Assembly (NCBI GenBank): GCA_963775295.1
Contig: CAVZIK010000006.1
Coordinates: forward strand, 1,119,602 to 1,183,601
Direction: 5' to 3'
Length of the DNA stretch: 64,000 nucleotides
Source of the DNA: an uncultured Actinomycetes bacterium
GTDB lineage: Bacteria; Actinomycetota; Thermoleophilia; RBG-16-64-13
Shown here piece by piece: positions 28,659 through 38,018 of the stretch; the stretch's first letter is position 1; each line of letters opens with the position of its first letter. The position numbers and the translations under genes are program-made. Under the pieces are notes generated by a model that searched no databases, was not told the DNA's origin, and saw only the letters and a program-made list of their open reading frames with translations.

Positions 28659-29453
28659 ATGCGGTTCATCGATGCCCATCTCCACACCGACATGATCGAG
28701 GACAAGCAACTGCAAAAGCTCGTGATGATGGGCATGGAAGCAGCGATCGTCCCTAGTCCGCACATGTTCCTGGCGAGCAAGGATGCGGACAGCGTGCTCC
28801 TCATGTGGGAGCGTTTTCTGGGCATGGAAGCCACGACCGCCGAGACGCTGGGCTACAAGCTGTTCACGTCTCTATCGGTCCCCTTCTTCGGTGTGAACCA
28901 CGCCGATGCAGAGAAATGTCTGGCGAGGATGCCCGAGTTTCTCAAGGATGAGAAGGCTGTCGCCATAGGTGAGATCGGCCTCGACACCGGCACTCAGTTC
29001 GAGATCGATCTCTTCCGCGAACATCTGCGGATCGCCAAGGAATACGACGTGCCGGTCATCCTGCACACGCCCATCCGACTTGCGCCCCAGGCATCCGTCG
29101 TTCTACCGAAAGTACTCGAGATCATCAAGGAAGAAGGTTTTCCAGTTGAAAAGTGCGTCTTCGACCACGCCTCCGAGCCCAGTCTCGATTGGCGAGCGGC
29201 GACCGGCGGCATGGTTGGCCTCTCTGTTTGTTGGGACAAGATGCCCCCGGAACCGGCCGCGCAGTACGTAATCGACAATCCGGACAAGCGCGACAAGATC
29301 ATCATCAACTCCGAACTTGGCGGCGAGGGTAACGATTACTTCATGGTTCCGCGAGTGATACTGGCCATGAGACTGTTCGGGCTGGACAAGGAGACGATCG
29401 ACAAGGTCTGCTGGCAGAATCCCAAGAACTTCTTCAATTTGCCCGTCGACTGA
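28659..29453 (+). CDS. TatD-related metal-dependent hydrolase (amidohydrolase superfamily)
   Basis: MRFIDAHLH metal-binding start, GEIGLD motif, HTP... and DHA... His/Asp ligands. GAAGGA ribosome-binding site 8 nt upstream of ATG 28659; GC about 53%. Confidence 0.7.
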   Translation: MRFIDAHLHTDMIEDKQLQKLVMMGMEAAIVPSPHMFLASKDADSVLLMWERFLGMEATTAETLGYKLFTSLSVPFFGVNHADAEKCLARMPEFLKDEKAVAIGEIGLDTGTQFEIDLFREHLRIAKEYDVPVILHTPIRLAPQASVVLPKVLEIIKEEGFPVEKCVFDHASEPSLDWRAATGGMVGLSVCWDKMPPEPAAQYVIDNPDKRDKIIINSELGGEGNDYFMVPRVILAMRLFGLDKETIDKVCWQNPKNFFNLPVD

Positions 29454-29566
29454 GTGGTCTCCGCCGATTCCTGGGTATGATCGTGGGGTGTTGGCCGGTT
29501 AGGCCGGCACCCCACGGTTATTGACAGACAGCAGGAGGGTCCGCGGTCGACAATCCTCCCCATAAA

Positions 29567-30853
29567 GTGAGGGCCGCATCCGCGCCGGACGACCTCCCGC
29601 CGGGACGGGCGCGTCTTTCGAAACGGCGCGTCTTTCTGAGCCGTGATTTCCTTCGCTACCTCGGGCCGGGATTCATCGTTACCGTGGGGTTCATCGATCC
29701 TGGTAACTGGGCTACAAACGTAGCCGGTGGAAGCGGTTTCGGGTACTCGCTGCTCTGGATCATCACCCTGGCGACGTTGATGCTCATCCTCTTCCAAAAC
29801 ATGTCGGCCCGGCTTGGGATTGTTACGGGTCACAGCCTCGCATACAACGTGCGTGCGCGCTTTGGCCGCGCCTGGACCGGTTTGTTTGGGAGCAGCATCG
29901 TTCTCGCGTGTATCGCCACCGACGTGGCCGAACTGCTCGGCGGAGCATTGGGTTTCCGCCTGCTGTTCGGGCTACCCCTCCTTGCCGGAGGCGCGATAAC
30001 CATCGTTCTCAAGATCGCTCTGATCCTCACCGGCCGTTATCGCCATGTAGAGCGGCTAATTGTCGTATTTATCGGCATAATCGCGGTGTGCTACGTTGCG
30101 GAGCTGGCGATAGTCAGGCCGGATTGGCTTGCAACCGCCCGGGGGAGTTTCGTTCCCGATCTCAGCGGCGCGAGTATCGCGGTCGCCATAGGCATGTTGG
30201 GGGCAGTGCTCATGCCCCACAACCTGTACCTGCATTCCAACGTTGTGCTCAATCGCGACCAGCCGGAGAACGACGAAGGCCGGAGCAGGCTGATCACGTA
30301 CGAGATAGGCGATACCGCCGTGGCGTTGGGGTTGGGCTGGATGGTGAACTGTGCCATGGTGATCGTGGCGGCGGCAGTATTCTTTCGGCACGGGATAACG
30401 ATAACCAGCCTGGATCAGGCTTCAGCCACGCTCCAGCCCCTCGCCGGCAGTCTGGCCCGCCTGCTCTTCGGCGTGGGTCTCCTTCTCGCCGGCCTGGGCT
30501 CGAGCCTCACCTCCGCCATGGCCGAGGTGAACGTTCTGACCGCGTACTTGGGTCGGCCGGAAGATCCGCGCACAAACTTTTATCGAGCCGGACTCTTTGT
30601 ACTGGCGATCCCTGCTCTGGCGATCATCGCCTCGGGAATCGATTCATTCAAAGTGCTTCTGTTTAGTCAGGTGGCGCTCAGTATCCAACTCCCGCTGACC
30701 ATCATCCCGCTGGTTCTCCTTGTGACCGACCGTCGGGTGATGGGCAGTTTTGCAAGCGGTGGAGTTGAGCGCACACTGGCCATCGGGGCCGGGGTGGTGG
30801 TCACGGCCCTGAACGTCGCCTTCCTCTACAACCTGGCAGGAGGTTCTTTCTGA
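29567..30853 (+). CDS. mntH: NRAMP-family divalent metal (Mn2+/Fe2+) transporter
   Basis: GPGFIVTVGFIDPGNWATNVAGGS motif and 11-12 TM helices; overlaps the universal stress protein start (ATGA). Confidence 0.9.
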   Translation: MRAASAPDDLPPGRARLSKRRVFLSRDFLRYLGPGFIVTVGFIDPGNWATNVAGGSGFGYSLLWIITLATLMLILFQNMSARLGIVTGHSLAYNVRARFGRAWTGLFGSSIVLACIATDVAELLGGALGFRLLFGLPLLAGGAITIVLKIALILTGRYRHVERLIVVFIGIIAVCYVAELAIVRPDWLATARGSFVPDLSGASIAVAIGMLGAVLMPHNLYLHSNVVLNRDQPENDEGRSRLITYEIGDTAVALGLGWMVNCAMVIVAAAVFFRHGITITSLDQASATLQPLAGSLARLLFGVGLLLAGLGSSLTSAMAEVNVLTAYLGRPEDPRTNFYRAGLFVLAIPALAIIASGIDSFKVLLFSQVALSIQLPLTIIPLVLLVTDRRVMGSFASGGVERTLAIGAGVVVTALNVAFLYNLAGGSF

Positions 30854-31263
30854 TGTATGAGCGCATCCTGGTGCCGCTAAAATGGGATTCAAGCGACGAG
30901 GCCGTGATCGATCACGCCGGTTCGATGGCCCTGGCCACGGGCGCCCGAGTGACGCTTGTTCACGTGGTGCACAGTCATTCCCGCGACGAGTCGGCGTATC
31001 TTCTTGAAGAGGCGCAGAAGTATCTGGACGTTATGGCGGCGAAGGTTTCGTCTCGAGGTGTTCCCGTCGCTACCAAGATCGCGCTCGACGAGCCGGCGGC
31101 GGGGATAAGCGCCTTTGCACGGGAAACCGGTGCCGACCTCATCGTGATGGCCACCCATGGGCACAGTGAGATGAGGCGCCTCTTTGTAGGATCGGTGACC
31201 GAGGACGTGATCCGAGGCAGTGACACTCCCGTGTTGCTCGTTCGTCCCTCGGAGGATGGCTGA
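30853..31263 (+). CDS. Universal stress protein (UspA family)
   Basis: ILVPLKWDSSDE...ADLIVMATHGHSEMRRLFVGSVTEDV; ATP-binding G-x2-G-x9-G(S/T) region present. Confidence 0.85.
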   Translation: MYERILVPLKWDSSDEAVIDHAGSMALATGARVTLVHVVHSHSRDESAYLLEEAQKYLDVMAAKVSSRGVPVATKIALDEPAAGISAFARETGADLIVMATHGHSEMRRLFVGSVTEDVIRGSDTPVLLVRPSEDG

Positions 31264-31355
31264 GTCTTACCTGTCTGCAGCGCCGGTCACGCCGAGATCC
31301 TCAGGGTCTTCGGTAGGCTCGATACGCACCCACTGCGTGGCCCCCGGGAACGGAC

Positions 31356-31826
31356 TCATTCCGCGCTACGGCTGTGTCGGGTGCGCGGAGGCAGCGTTGG
31401 AGGCACATGTCCCTCGAGGGCGATGATCCTGGCGCGTAGTTCGGGGGACATCGGGAAACGGCGGCGCTCGACGTAGTTGTAGAGGACGACGAGCGCGTCT
31501 CCCTCGGTCACCAGTTTGTCTAGCTTCTGGCTGACGGCCGCATACTCCATGAGGAACGAGTCGCTCCCGATAGCTGAGATCCGCGACCCCACCGACAGGG
31601 TGTCGGGATAGGTAACGGGAACCCGGTAGCGGCAGCTGTTCGCGGCCAGAATCACGCCGTCGGCGTCGGTAAAAGGCGTGGGGGCCGCGATGCCTATCGC
31701 CTCGTGATACGTGATCCGAGCCGTTTCAAAGTACTGCAGGTAGATGTGGTTATTCACGTGGCCAAGGGAGTCCATATCTCCCCAGCGCACGACTATGTCG
31801 GTGACGACCGGATAGGTGCTCAGCAT
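31356..31826 (-). CDS. Acyl-CoA thioesterase, hotdog fold (4HBT/YbgC-like); start at internal Met 31826
   Basis: VRWGDMDSLGHVNNHIYLQYFETAR matches the YbgC/FadM thioesterase family signature. Confidence 0.7.
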   Translation of the reverse strand: MLSTYPVVTDIVVRWGDMDSLGHVNNHIYLQYFETARITYHEAIGIAAPTPFTDADGVILAANSCRYRVPVTYPDTLSVGSRISAIGSDSFLMEYAAVSQKLDKLVTEGDALVVLYNYVERRRFPMSPELRARIIALEGHVPPTLPPRTRHSRSAE

Positions 31827-31969
31827 GTCTTCTCCATCGGGATGTGCTCTGGATAGAAGCATTGTAGCCCTTGGGCGAGACCCCGCCGAAATACGATAGC
31901 CTCGTGATATCATCATAATATCTTATTGGCGACTCTTCTCCTCAGAGGGCGAGAGCAGATGGAGGAATC

Positions 31970-32986
31970 ATGGAAGGGAATCAGGCATCGTTGAATCACG
32001 AGAGGCCCGGTAAGGCCACACGCGGGTGGGGCATGCTTGCAGCCGTGGTTGTGATCCTCTTGGCCGGCTTGGCCGTGCTTATCCTGGCCGGAGTGTATGA
32101 AAAGTCCTTGAGTACCGGCCAGACCTGGGTGTTGGTGGGTCCCGGCATAGCCCTATTGTTGCTGGGAAGCATATTGAGCATGGGTTTCTTCACTCTCGAG
32201 CCGAACGAAACTCGCGTGCTCGTTCTGTTCGGAGCCTACAAAGGGACAGTGCGTGTGGGCGGTTTCCACTGGGCCAACCCGTTCTACTCCAATGGTCCGG
32301 TTGCGAAGACCGCCCCCGATGACGGCCGCGAAGCTGCCAGTGCCTCGGCCGGAGCGAAGAAGAGCACTGCGACACGAGCGACTAAGAAGTATCCACGGTA
32401 CAAGATCTCTGTGCGTGCGCGGACACTCAACGGTCCCAAGCTTAAGGTCAACGACCGTCGGGGAAACCCGGTCGAAATCGCCACAGTCGTCGTGTGGCGG
32501 GTACAGGACACGGCGCAAGCCGTCTTCGACGTCGACGATCTGCAACTCTACGTCGAGACCCAGAGTGAGACTGCGCTCCGCCACTTGGCCAGCTCCTATG
32601 CCTACGATCATGGCGAAGAGCACGAGATCACGTTGCGCAGTAACGTCGATGAGGTATCGTTGGCTCTCAAGCAGGAACTAGGGGAGCGTTTGGCGCGAGC
32701 GGGTGTCCTCGTGGAAGAGGCCCGACTCACCCACTTGGCGTATGCTCCGGAGATTGCACAGGCCATGCTTCGCCGTCAGCAGGCCGAAGCCATCATCGAC
32801 GCTCGGCAGAAGATCGTCCACGGTGCGGTGAGCATGGTCGACATGGCATTGCGGGAATTGGCGGAGAAGAACGTGATCGATCTCGACTCGGAGCGCAAGG
32901 CCAACATGATCAGCAATCTCATGGTCGTACTGTGCGGCGAGTCGGAGGTGCATCCGATCGTCAACGCGGGTACCCTCTACTCCTAG
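31970..32986 (+). CDS. SPFH/band-7 (stomatin-prohibitin-flotillin) domain membrane protein
   Basis: N-terminal TM helices then an SPFH core (LVLFGAYKGTVRVGGFHWANPF...LRSNVDEVSLALKQELGERLARAGVLVEEARLTHLAYAPEIAQAM). Confidence 0.75.
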   Translation: MEGNQASLNHERPGKATRGWGMLAAVVVILLAGLAVLILAGVYEKSLSTGQTWVLVGPGIALLLLGSILSMGFFTLEPNETRVLVLFGAYKGTVRVGGFHWANPFYSNGPVAKTAPDDGREAASASAGAKKSTATRATKKYPRYKISVRARTLNGPKLKVNDRRGNPVEIATVVVWRVQDTAQAVFDVDDLQLYVETQSETALRHLASSYAYDHGEEHEITLRSNVDEVSLALKQELGERLARAGVLVEEARLTHLAYAPEIAQAMLRRQQAEAIIDARQKIVHGAVSMVDMALRELAEKNVIDLDSERKANMISNLMVVLCGESEVHPIVNAGTLYS

Positions 32987-32992
32987 ACTGTC

Positions 32993-33220
32993 TTGGCAGA
33001 GCGCAAACAGTTCTTACTTCGCATTGATCAGGGCCTCTGGGCGGATCTGGAGTCTTGGGCGGCGGACGAACTGCGTAGTGTGAACGGGCAGATCGAGTAC
33101 ATCCTGAGAGACGCCGTCCGAAAACGGAAAAGGGCCCCTCAGGCGACCGTCGATGGGATGGAAGTGAACGAGAAAGGATCCGGGAATGAAAGACCCGCGT
33201 CTGCAGACTCTGGCCGGTAA
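32993..33220 (+). CDS. Small Arc/MetJ-type ribbon-helix-helix DNA-binding protein
   Basis: KQFLLRIDQGLWADLESWAADELRSVNGQIEYILRDAV fits a beta-strand/helix/helix RHH pattern. Starts 6 nt after the SPFH stop. Its tail overlaps the aminopeptidase start by 35 nt. Confidence 0.5.
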   Translation: MAERKQFLLRIDQGLWADLESWAADELRSVNGQIEYILRDAVRKRKRAPQATVDGMEVNEKGSGNERPASADSGR

Positions 33221-34292
33221 TCTCCTCGATTATTCGTTGGAACTCGAAGCAGGGGAGCGGCTGCTCATCGAAGGGGATGTGCGGTCACGGGACCTCATGA
33301 TCGCGCTTGTGGAGGAGACCTATCGGCGCGGCGCCGTGCCTTTCACTGATATCGGAGACTCGCGCCTGAAGAGGGCCTTGCTGCTGGGGGCGCACCGGGC
33401 GCAGATGGAACTGCTGGTTCAGTGGGACATCAACCGAATCAATGACGTTGACGCAACCCTGTATATCCTCGGGGGTGACAACGCCTCCGAGATGGCCGAC
33501 GTCCCCGGCAACGTCCTCGAGGCCTCGAGATTGGCTTCGGAGCCTCTCATGGATCTGTTGCTGAAGAAGAAATGGTGCCTTCTACGCTATCCTACGCCAT
33601 CCGCTGCTCAGGCGGCCGGGATGTCGACGGAAGCCTTCGAGGACTTCTGCCTTTCCGTCTCGACATTGGATTACGCGCGAATGAGCCACGCGATGGATCC
33701 TCTGGTCGATCTCATGAACCGTACGGAGAAGGTGCATGTACTCAGTCCAGGAACCGACCTCAGTTTCTCCATAAAGGGCATCCCCGTCCTCAAAGCCGCA
33801 GGCCGGAACAACATCCCGGATGGCGAGGTCTTCACCGCGCCGGTGCGCGATTCGGTGAATGGCACCATCCTTTTCAACACGCCGTCGCTCGAGGACGGCA
33901 CCACCTACGAGCGGATCAAGTTGGTGTTCAAGGACGGCCGGGTGGTGGCGTCCGACTCGTCCGAACCCGAAAAGCTCTTGAAGATGCTCGATACCGACGA
34001 AGGCTCCCGCTATCTGGGCGAGTTCGCTTTGGGCGTGAACCCACGTATCGATAGGCCTATGAAGGACACGCTCTACGACGAGAAGATCGGGGGGAGCCTT
34101 CATGTCGCCTGCGGCCGCGCCTACGACGATTCCGACAACGGCAACCGTTCCAGCGTGCACTGGGATCTGGTACTCATTCAGACTCCGGCGTGGGGCGGAG
34201 GCGAGATCTGGTTCGACGATATCCTCATCCGGAAGGATGGCCGGTTTGTTTTGGCTGATTTGGAGGGACTCAATCCTGAGAACCTGATCTGA
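33186..34292 (+). CDS. Aminopeptidase, peptidase family M29 (AmpS/PepS-like)
   Basis: N-terminus MKDPRLQTLAGNLLDYSLELEAGERLLIEG and C-terminal GEFALGVNP...HVACG metal-site motifs typical of M29. Confidence 0.85.
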   Translation: MKDPRLQTLAGNLLDYSLELEAGERLLIEGDVRSRDLMIALVEETYRRGAVPFTDIGDSRLKRALLLGAHRAQMELLVQWDINRINDVDATLYILGGDNASEMADVPGNVLEASRLASEPLMDLLLKKKWCLLRYPTPSAAQAAGMSTEAFEDFCLSVSTLDYARMSHAMDPLVDLMNRTEKVHVLSPGTDLSFSIKGIPVLKAAGRNNIPDGEVFTAPVRDSVNGTILFNTPSLEDGTTYERIKLVFKDGRVVASDSSEPEKLLKMLDTDEGSRYLGEFALGVNPRIDRPMKDTLYDEKIGGSLHVACGRAYDDSDNGNRSSVHWDLVLIQTPAWGGGEIWFDDILIRKDGRFVLADLEGLNPENLI

Positions 34293-34339
34293 GGGAGCCG
34301 TTCTCCTCGGCTCCCAAAGCCACGAGGGATGGGGAGCAG

Positions 34340-35716
34340 ATGGACGAGTTCGACGCAATCATCGTCGGAGCGGGCCAGGCCGGCGTTCCTCTCGCCAGAG
34401 ATTTGGCCGCGGCCGGGTGGAAGACTGCACTGGTGGAGCGAGTGCACATCGGAGGCACCTGCTACAACGAGGGTTGCACGCCCACGAAGACCATGGCAGC
34501 CAGCGCCCGCGTCGCCTACCTGGCTGGTCGTGCCGCCGACTATGGTGTCATCGCGGGCCCGGTCCGCACGGAACTTGCGCGGGTTCGACGGCGCAAAGAC
34601 CGCATTGTGGAAGACTGGCGCTCCGGAGCGCAGCGGCGCCTTGAGGCTGTGCCGGGACTCGAGTTGATCTGGGGTCAGGCTAGATTTGTCGGGTCACACG
34701 AAATCGCTGTCCAATCGTCAGACCGTTTTGAGCGCCGTATCGGGGCGCGTTCGATCTTTCTCAACACTGGGGGGCGTCCGGCGGTTCCTCCTCTGCCCGG
34801 GTTGGATGCCGTTCCCTTCCTCGATTCGACTACGATTATGGAGTTGAGCGCGGTTCCCGAACGTCTGCTGATCCTGGGCGGCGGGTACGTGGCGGTGGAA
34901 TTTGCACAGATGTTCAGCCGATTCGGCAGCCGGGTCACCGTCGTGCAGAGGAGCGGCGCTCTGCTCTCGCGCGAAGATCCGGATGTGGCAGAAGCGGTGG
35001 CCCAGATTCTTCGGGAGGACGGCATCGACGTTTTGTTGGAAACAAAGGTGGCTGCGGTGCGGGCTGGTGAACGCGGCCCCCTGTTGGAGGTGGACTCGGG
35101 GCAGACCAGACACACGCTTGCCGGTTCGCATCTGCTCGTGGCCACGGGGCGGGTGCCCAACACCGAACCCCTCGATCTGGGCGCCGCGGGTATCGCCGTC
35201 GACTCTCACGGTTACATCAAGGTGAACGAGCGGCTCGAGACGGACGTTCCCGGCGTATACGCTCTGGGAGATGTCAAGGGCGGACCGGCGTTCACGCACA
35301 TCTCGTACGACGACTACCGAGTCGTCCGTACGAACCTTCTCCAGGGTGGAGACGCGTCGATCACAGGTCGGATGGTTCCGTACACGATCTTCATGGATCC
35401 ACAACTGGGCCGTGTGGGCCTTACTGAGGATCAAGCCCGAGCCGAAGAACGTGAGGTGCACGTGTTCAAGATGCCCATGGACCAGGTGGCGAGAGCCCTC
35501 GAGGTGGACGAATCTCGCGGCTTCGTCAAAGTGGTGGTAGAAGCGGGCACAGGGCTGATTCTAGGGTGTTCGGTCCTCAGTATCGACGGCGGAGAGCTTA
35601 TGGCCGTGCTCCAGATTGCTATGGCTGGCGGTGTCACGGCCGCGACCTTGAAGGACGCAGTCTTTGCACATCCCACCCTGGCCGAGGCTCTCAACAACCT
35701 ATTCCTGGCCGTCTAG
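34340..35716 (+). CDS. Class-I FAD-dependent pyridine nucleotide-disulfide oxidoreductase (dihydrolipoamide dehydrogenase / mycothione reductase / MerA-core-like)
   Basis: FAD motif FDAIIVGAGQAG, redox-active disulfide GGTCYNEGCTPTK, NAD motif LLILGGGYVAVE, C-terminal His-Glu dyad HPTLAE. No NmerA domain and no C-terminal Cys pair. Confidence 0.8.
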   Translation: MDEFDAIIVGAGQAGVPLARDLAAAGWKTALVERVHIGGTCYNEGCTPTKTMAASARVAYLAGRAADYGVIAGPVRTELARVRRRKDRIVEDWRSGAQRRLEAVPGLELIWGQARFVGSHEIAVQSSDRFERRIGARSIFLNTGGRPAVPPLPGLDAVPFLDSTTIMELSAVPERLLILGGGYVAVEFAQMFSRFGSRVTVVQRSGALLSREDPDVAEAVAQILREDGIDVLLETKVAAVRAGERGPLLEVDSGQTRHTLAGSHLLVATGRVPNTEPLDLGAAGIAVDSHGYIKVNERLETDVPGVYALGDVKGGPAFTHISYDDYRVVRTNLLQGGDASITGRMVPYTIFMDPQLGRVGLTEDQARAEEREVHVFKMPMDQVARALEVDESRGFVKVVVEAGTGLILGCSVLSIDGGELMAVLQIAMAGGVTAATLKDAVFAHPTLAEALNNLFLAV

Positions 35717-37066
35717 GCCTTTCTGTCGAGGAGCCGCACCCAGATCCGCGGGCAGCGGCGCGCAGGTCGCCGCCGTTGCACACGAGTCGGCTGAGCCGGG
35801 CGGTTCTATGGGCTGGTCCTGAGCGGCCTTTCCCGCTCTGCGGTAAAGAGGCGCCACTGTCAAGTAGACGACCCCACCCACTGTGTATGCAAGGGCCTTC
35901 GAAGCACTTTGAGCGAGAGCGCCAAAACCGAGTTGCCCTCCAACCGCGCCAATGTCGGCGAAGAAGGAGTCGAAGGAGAGTACCGTCGCTCGTTGAGCCG
36001 AGGGGATGTACTGGTTGATAAAGGCCTGCCGGATGGGAATGGCGATCCCGCTGACGACGCCCCATGCGCCCAGAAGGACCACGACTACCACAAAGGCCGT
36101 GATACTGTGCGCCCCATGCGCGATCAGACCGGCGATGCCCATCGCGCTTGCGATGAAGGCCAGAACCACGCTCGCGATAACCAGTATCGAGGCCGGATGG
36201 CTTCCCAGCCGGGAGCGCGACACCGGTCCTACTAGAGTGTTGCCTCCTACCCCCGAGAGGGCAAATAGCGCGGTAACCGCCCCAGCGACCCACACGAGAT
36301 TTTGTTGGCCCAACAGTTCGAGCGCATAGGGCTGGGAAGCGTAGAAAAGGTACCAAACCAGCAAGCCGTTCGCCAGAGACACGAAGAGAAGGGGCCGGAT
36401 GACCCGGTGCCGCCATCCAAAATTGATACCGGCGGCGAGGATCGTGCGACTCTCGTCTCCGAGGCGGGACAGTCTGAAAGGCCGGGGCTTAAAGCCAATG
36501 TCACGCATGAAGGCCGCGGTGACGGCGAACGCCCCGACCAAGAGGCCGGTGCGCACGAGGTAAGGTCCGGAAAGGCTGAACTGGCCGAGGAGCCCGCCGC
36601 CGAGCACCCCCACGAGCATCGAGACTCCGCTGTACATGCCCATGCGGGCAAAGACCCGGTCTTTGCTGCCCGAATAGCCCAGGGAGTCCAGGGCGTCGAC
36701 CAGCCAGGCATCGACGGCGCCCGTCTGGCAGGTGTAACCGAAGCCGATAAGAATCGAGGAGAGAATGAACCCAGCCATACCCCAGTGGAGGACCGCCGAG
36801 CCGACGTATCCGAGCGTGGCGACGGCAAGCGCGCCAATGCCGATGAGAAACGAAACTCTCCGTCCCACGGTGTCCGCGATCACTCCGGTGGGAACCTCAA
36901 AGACAATCTGGCCGGCGCTGAACGTCGCGTTGACCAACATGACGCTGAAGATGTTAAGCCCCGCGTTGAGAAGGAATAGAGTGTTCACTCCCCAGATGAT
37001 CGACGTCGCCAGGGTGAACAAAGCATTGGTGGCGTAATAAACGCGTTCGACGCGGGCCACGGTCAT
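35699..37066 (-). CDS. MFS transporter
   Basis: 12-14 TM helices, MFS loop motif DTVGRR. Confidence 0.8.
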   Translation of the reverse strand: MTVARVERVYYATNALFTLATSIIWGVNTLFLLNAGLNIFSVMLVNATFSAGQIVFEVPTGVIADTVGRRVSFLIGIGALAVATLGYVGSAVLHWGMAGFILSSILIGFGYTCQTGAVDAWLVDALDSLGYSGSKDRVFARMGMYSGVSMLVGVLGGGLLGQFSLSGPYLVRTGLLVGAFAVTAAFMRDIGFKPRPFRLSRLGDESRTILAAGINFGWRHRVIRPLLFVSLANGLLVWYLFYASQPYALELLGQQNLVWVAGAVTALFALSGVGGNTLVGPVSRSRLGSHPASILVIASVVLAFIASAMGIAGLIAHGAHSITAFVVVVVLLGAWGVVSGIAIPIRQAFINQYIPSAQRATVLSFDSFFADIGAVGGQLGFGALAQSASKALAYTVGGVVYLTVAPLYRRAGKAAQDQPIEPPGSADSCATAATCAPLPADLGAAPRQKGLDGQE

Positions 37067-37070
37067 GGCG

Positions 37071-38018
37071 TCACCTGTACCTGATTCGGGGGTTGAGCAG
37101 GGCGTAAATGATGTCCGCAGCGAGATTCGCGAGCGCGAATATCACCACGATCATCATGGTGGTCGCTTGGATGAGAGGCAGGTCACGTCGCTGGATCGCG
37201 AAGAGCACGAGGCGACCCAAGCCAGGGTAGCCAAAAACCGACTCGGTCACTATCAGCCCCCCCATCAACCAGCCGACGCCCGTCGCCACAACTGTAACCG
37301 TCGGCAGAAGAGAGTTTCTCAGCACGTGGCCAAAAATGACGTTCCGGGGGGAGAGGCCCTTCAGACGGGCCGCGCGGACGTAGTCCGTCTGCAAGACTTC
37401 GACTGTGCTCGCACGGGTCATTCGAATCACGTACGCCAGGCTGGTGAGAGAGACTGTGAGCCCGGGCAGGACAAGGCTGGGCAAAGCGGTTGCGAAGGAC
37501 GTGCTGGGAGCGATGGCAGACGAGGACGGGAACCAGCCGAGGGTGCGAGAAAAGAGCGCGATAAGCAGTACGCCGGTCACGAACTCGGGTAAACCGACGA
37601 ACGCGAGGGACCCGGCGGATATCACTTGGTCGAGCGGCGAGTTGCGCCGCCAAGCCGCTATTACTCCCAGAAGGATGCCCAGCGGGACGTACAGCAGGAA
37701 GGCCACGAGGGCGAGCATGGCTGAATTGCGCAGACGTTCGAGCGCCACGGGGCGCACCTCCTGCTCGAGGCTGATCGATTTCCCCCAGTTACCTTGGGCC
37801 AAATTGCCCAGCCAACTCCCGTATTGGACGATGAGTGGACGATCAAGCCCGAGTTCCTTTCGAAGTTCGTCCTTAGCCTGCTGGGTCGCCTCCCTGCCGA
37901 GAACCATCGTAGCTACGTCCCCGGGGAGGATATTCGTGGCGGTGAAGACCAGCATGCTGGAGAGGAGGACTGTTAGGAGCACAAACGCCAATCTGCGGAG
38001 GATGAAGCGTCCCATCAA
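37071..38018 (-). CDS. Peptide/nickel ABC transporter permease (DppB/OppB-like)
   Basis: Six TM helices and the EAA-like loop RAARLKGLSPRNVIFGHVLRNSL. Confidence 0.9.
   Translation of the reverse strand: MMGRFILRRLAFVLLTVLLSSMLVFTATNILPGDVATMVLGREATQQAKDELRKELGLDRPLIVQYGSWLGNLAQGNWGKSISLEQEVRPVALERLRNSAMLALVAFLLYVPLGILLGVIAAWRRNSPLDQVISAGSLAFVGLPEFVTGVLLIALFSRTLGWFPSSSAIAPSTSFATALPSLVLPGLTVSLTSLAYVIRMTRASTVEVLQTDYVRAARLKGLSPRNVIFGHVLRNSLLPTVTVVATGVGWLMGGLIVTESVFGYPGLGRLVLFAIQRRDLPLIQATTMMIVVIFALANLAADIIYALLNPRIRYR

Noticed and set aside
29486-29520. Full DtxR/IdeR iron box upstream of mntH
   Set aside because: Only the central GGTTAGGC octamer matches; the palindromic flanks differ. It is reported as a hairpin with a possible degenerate operator only.
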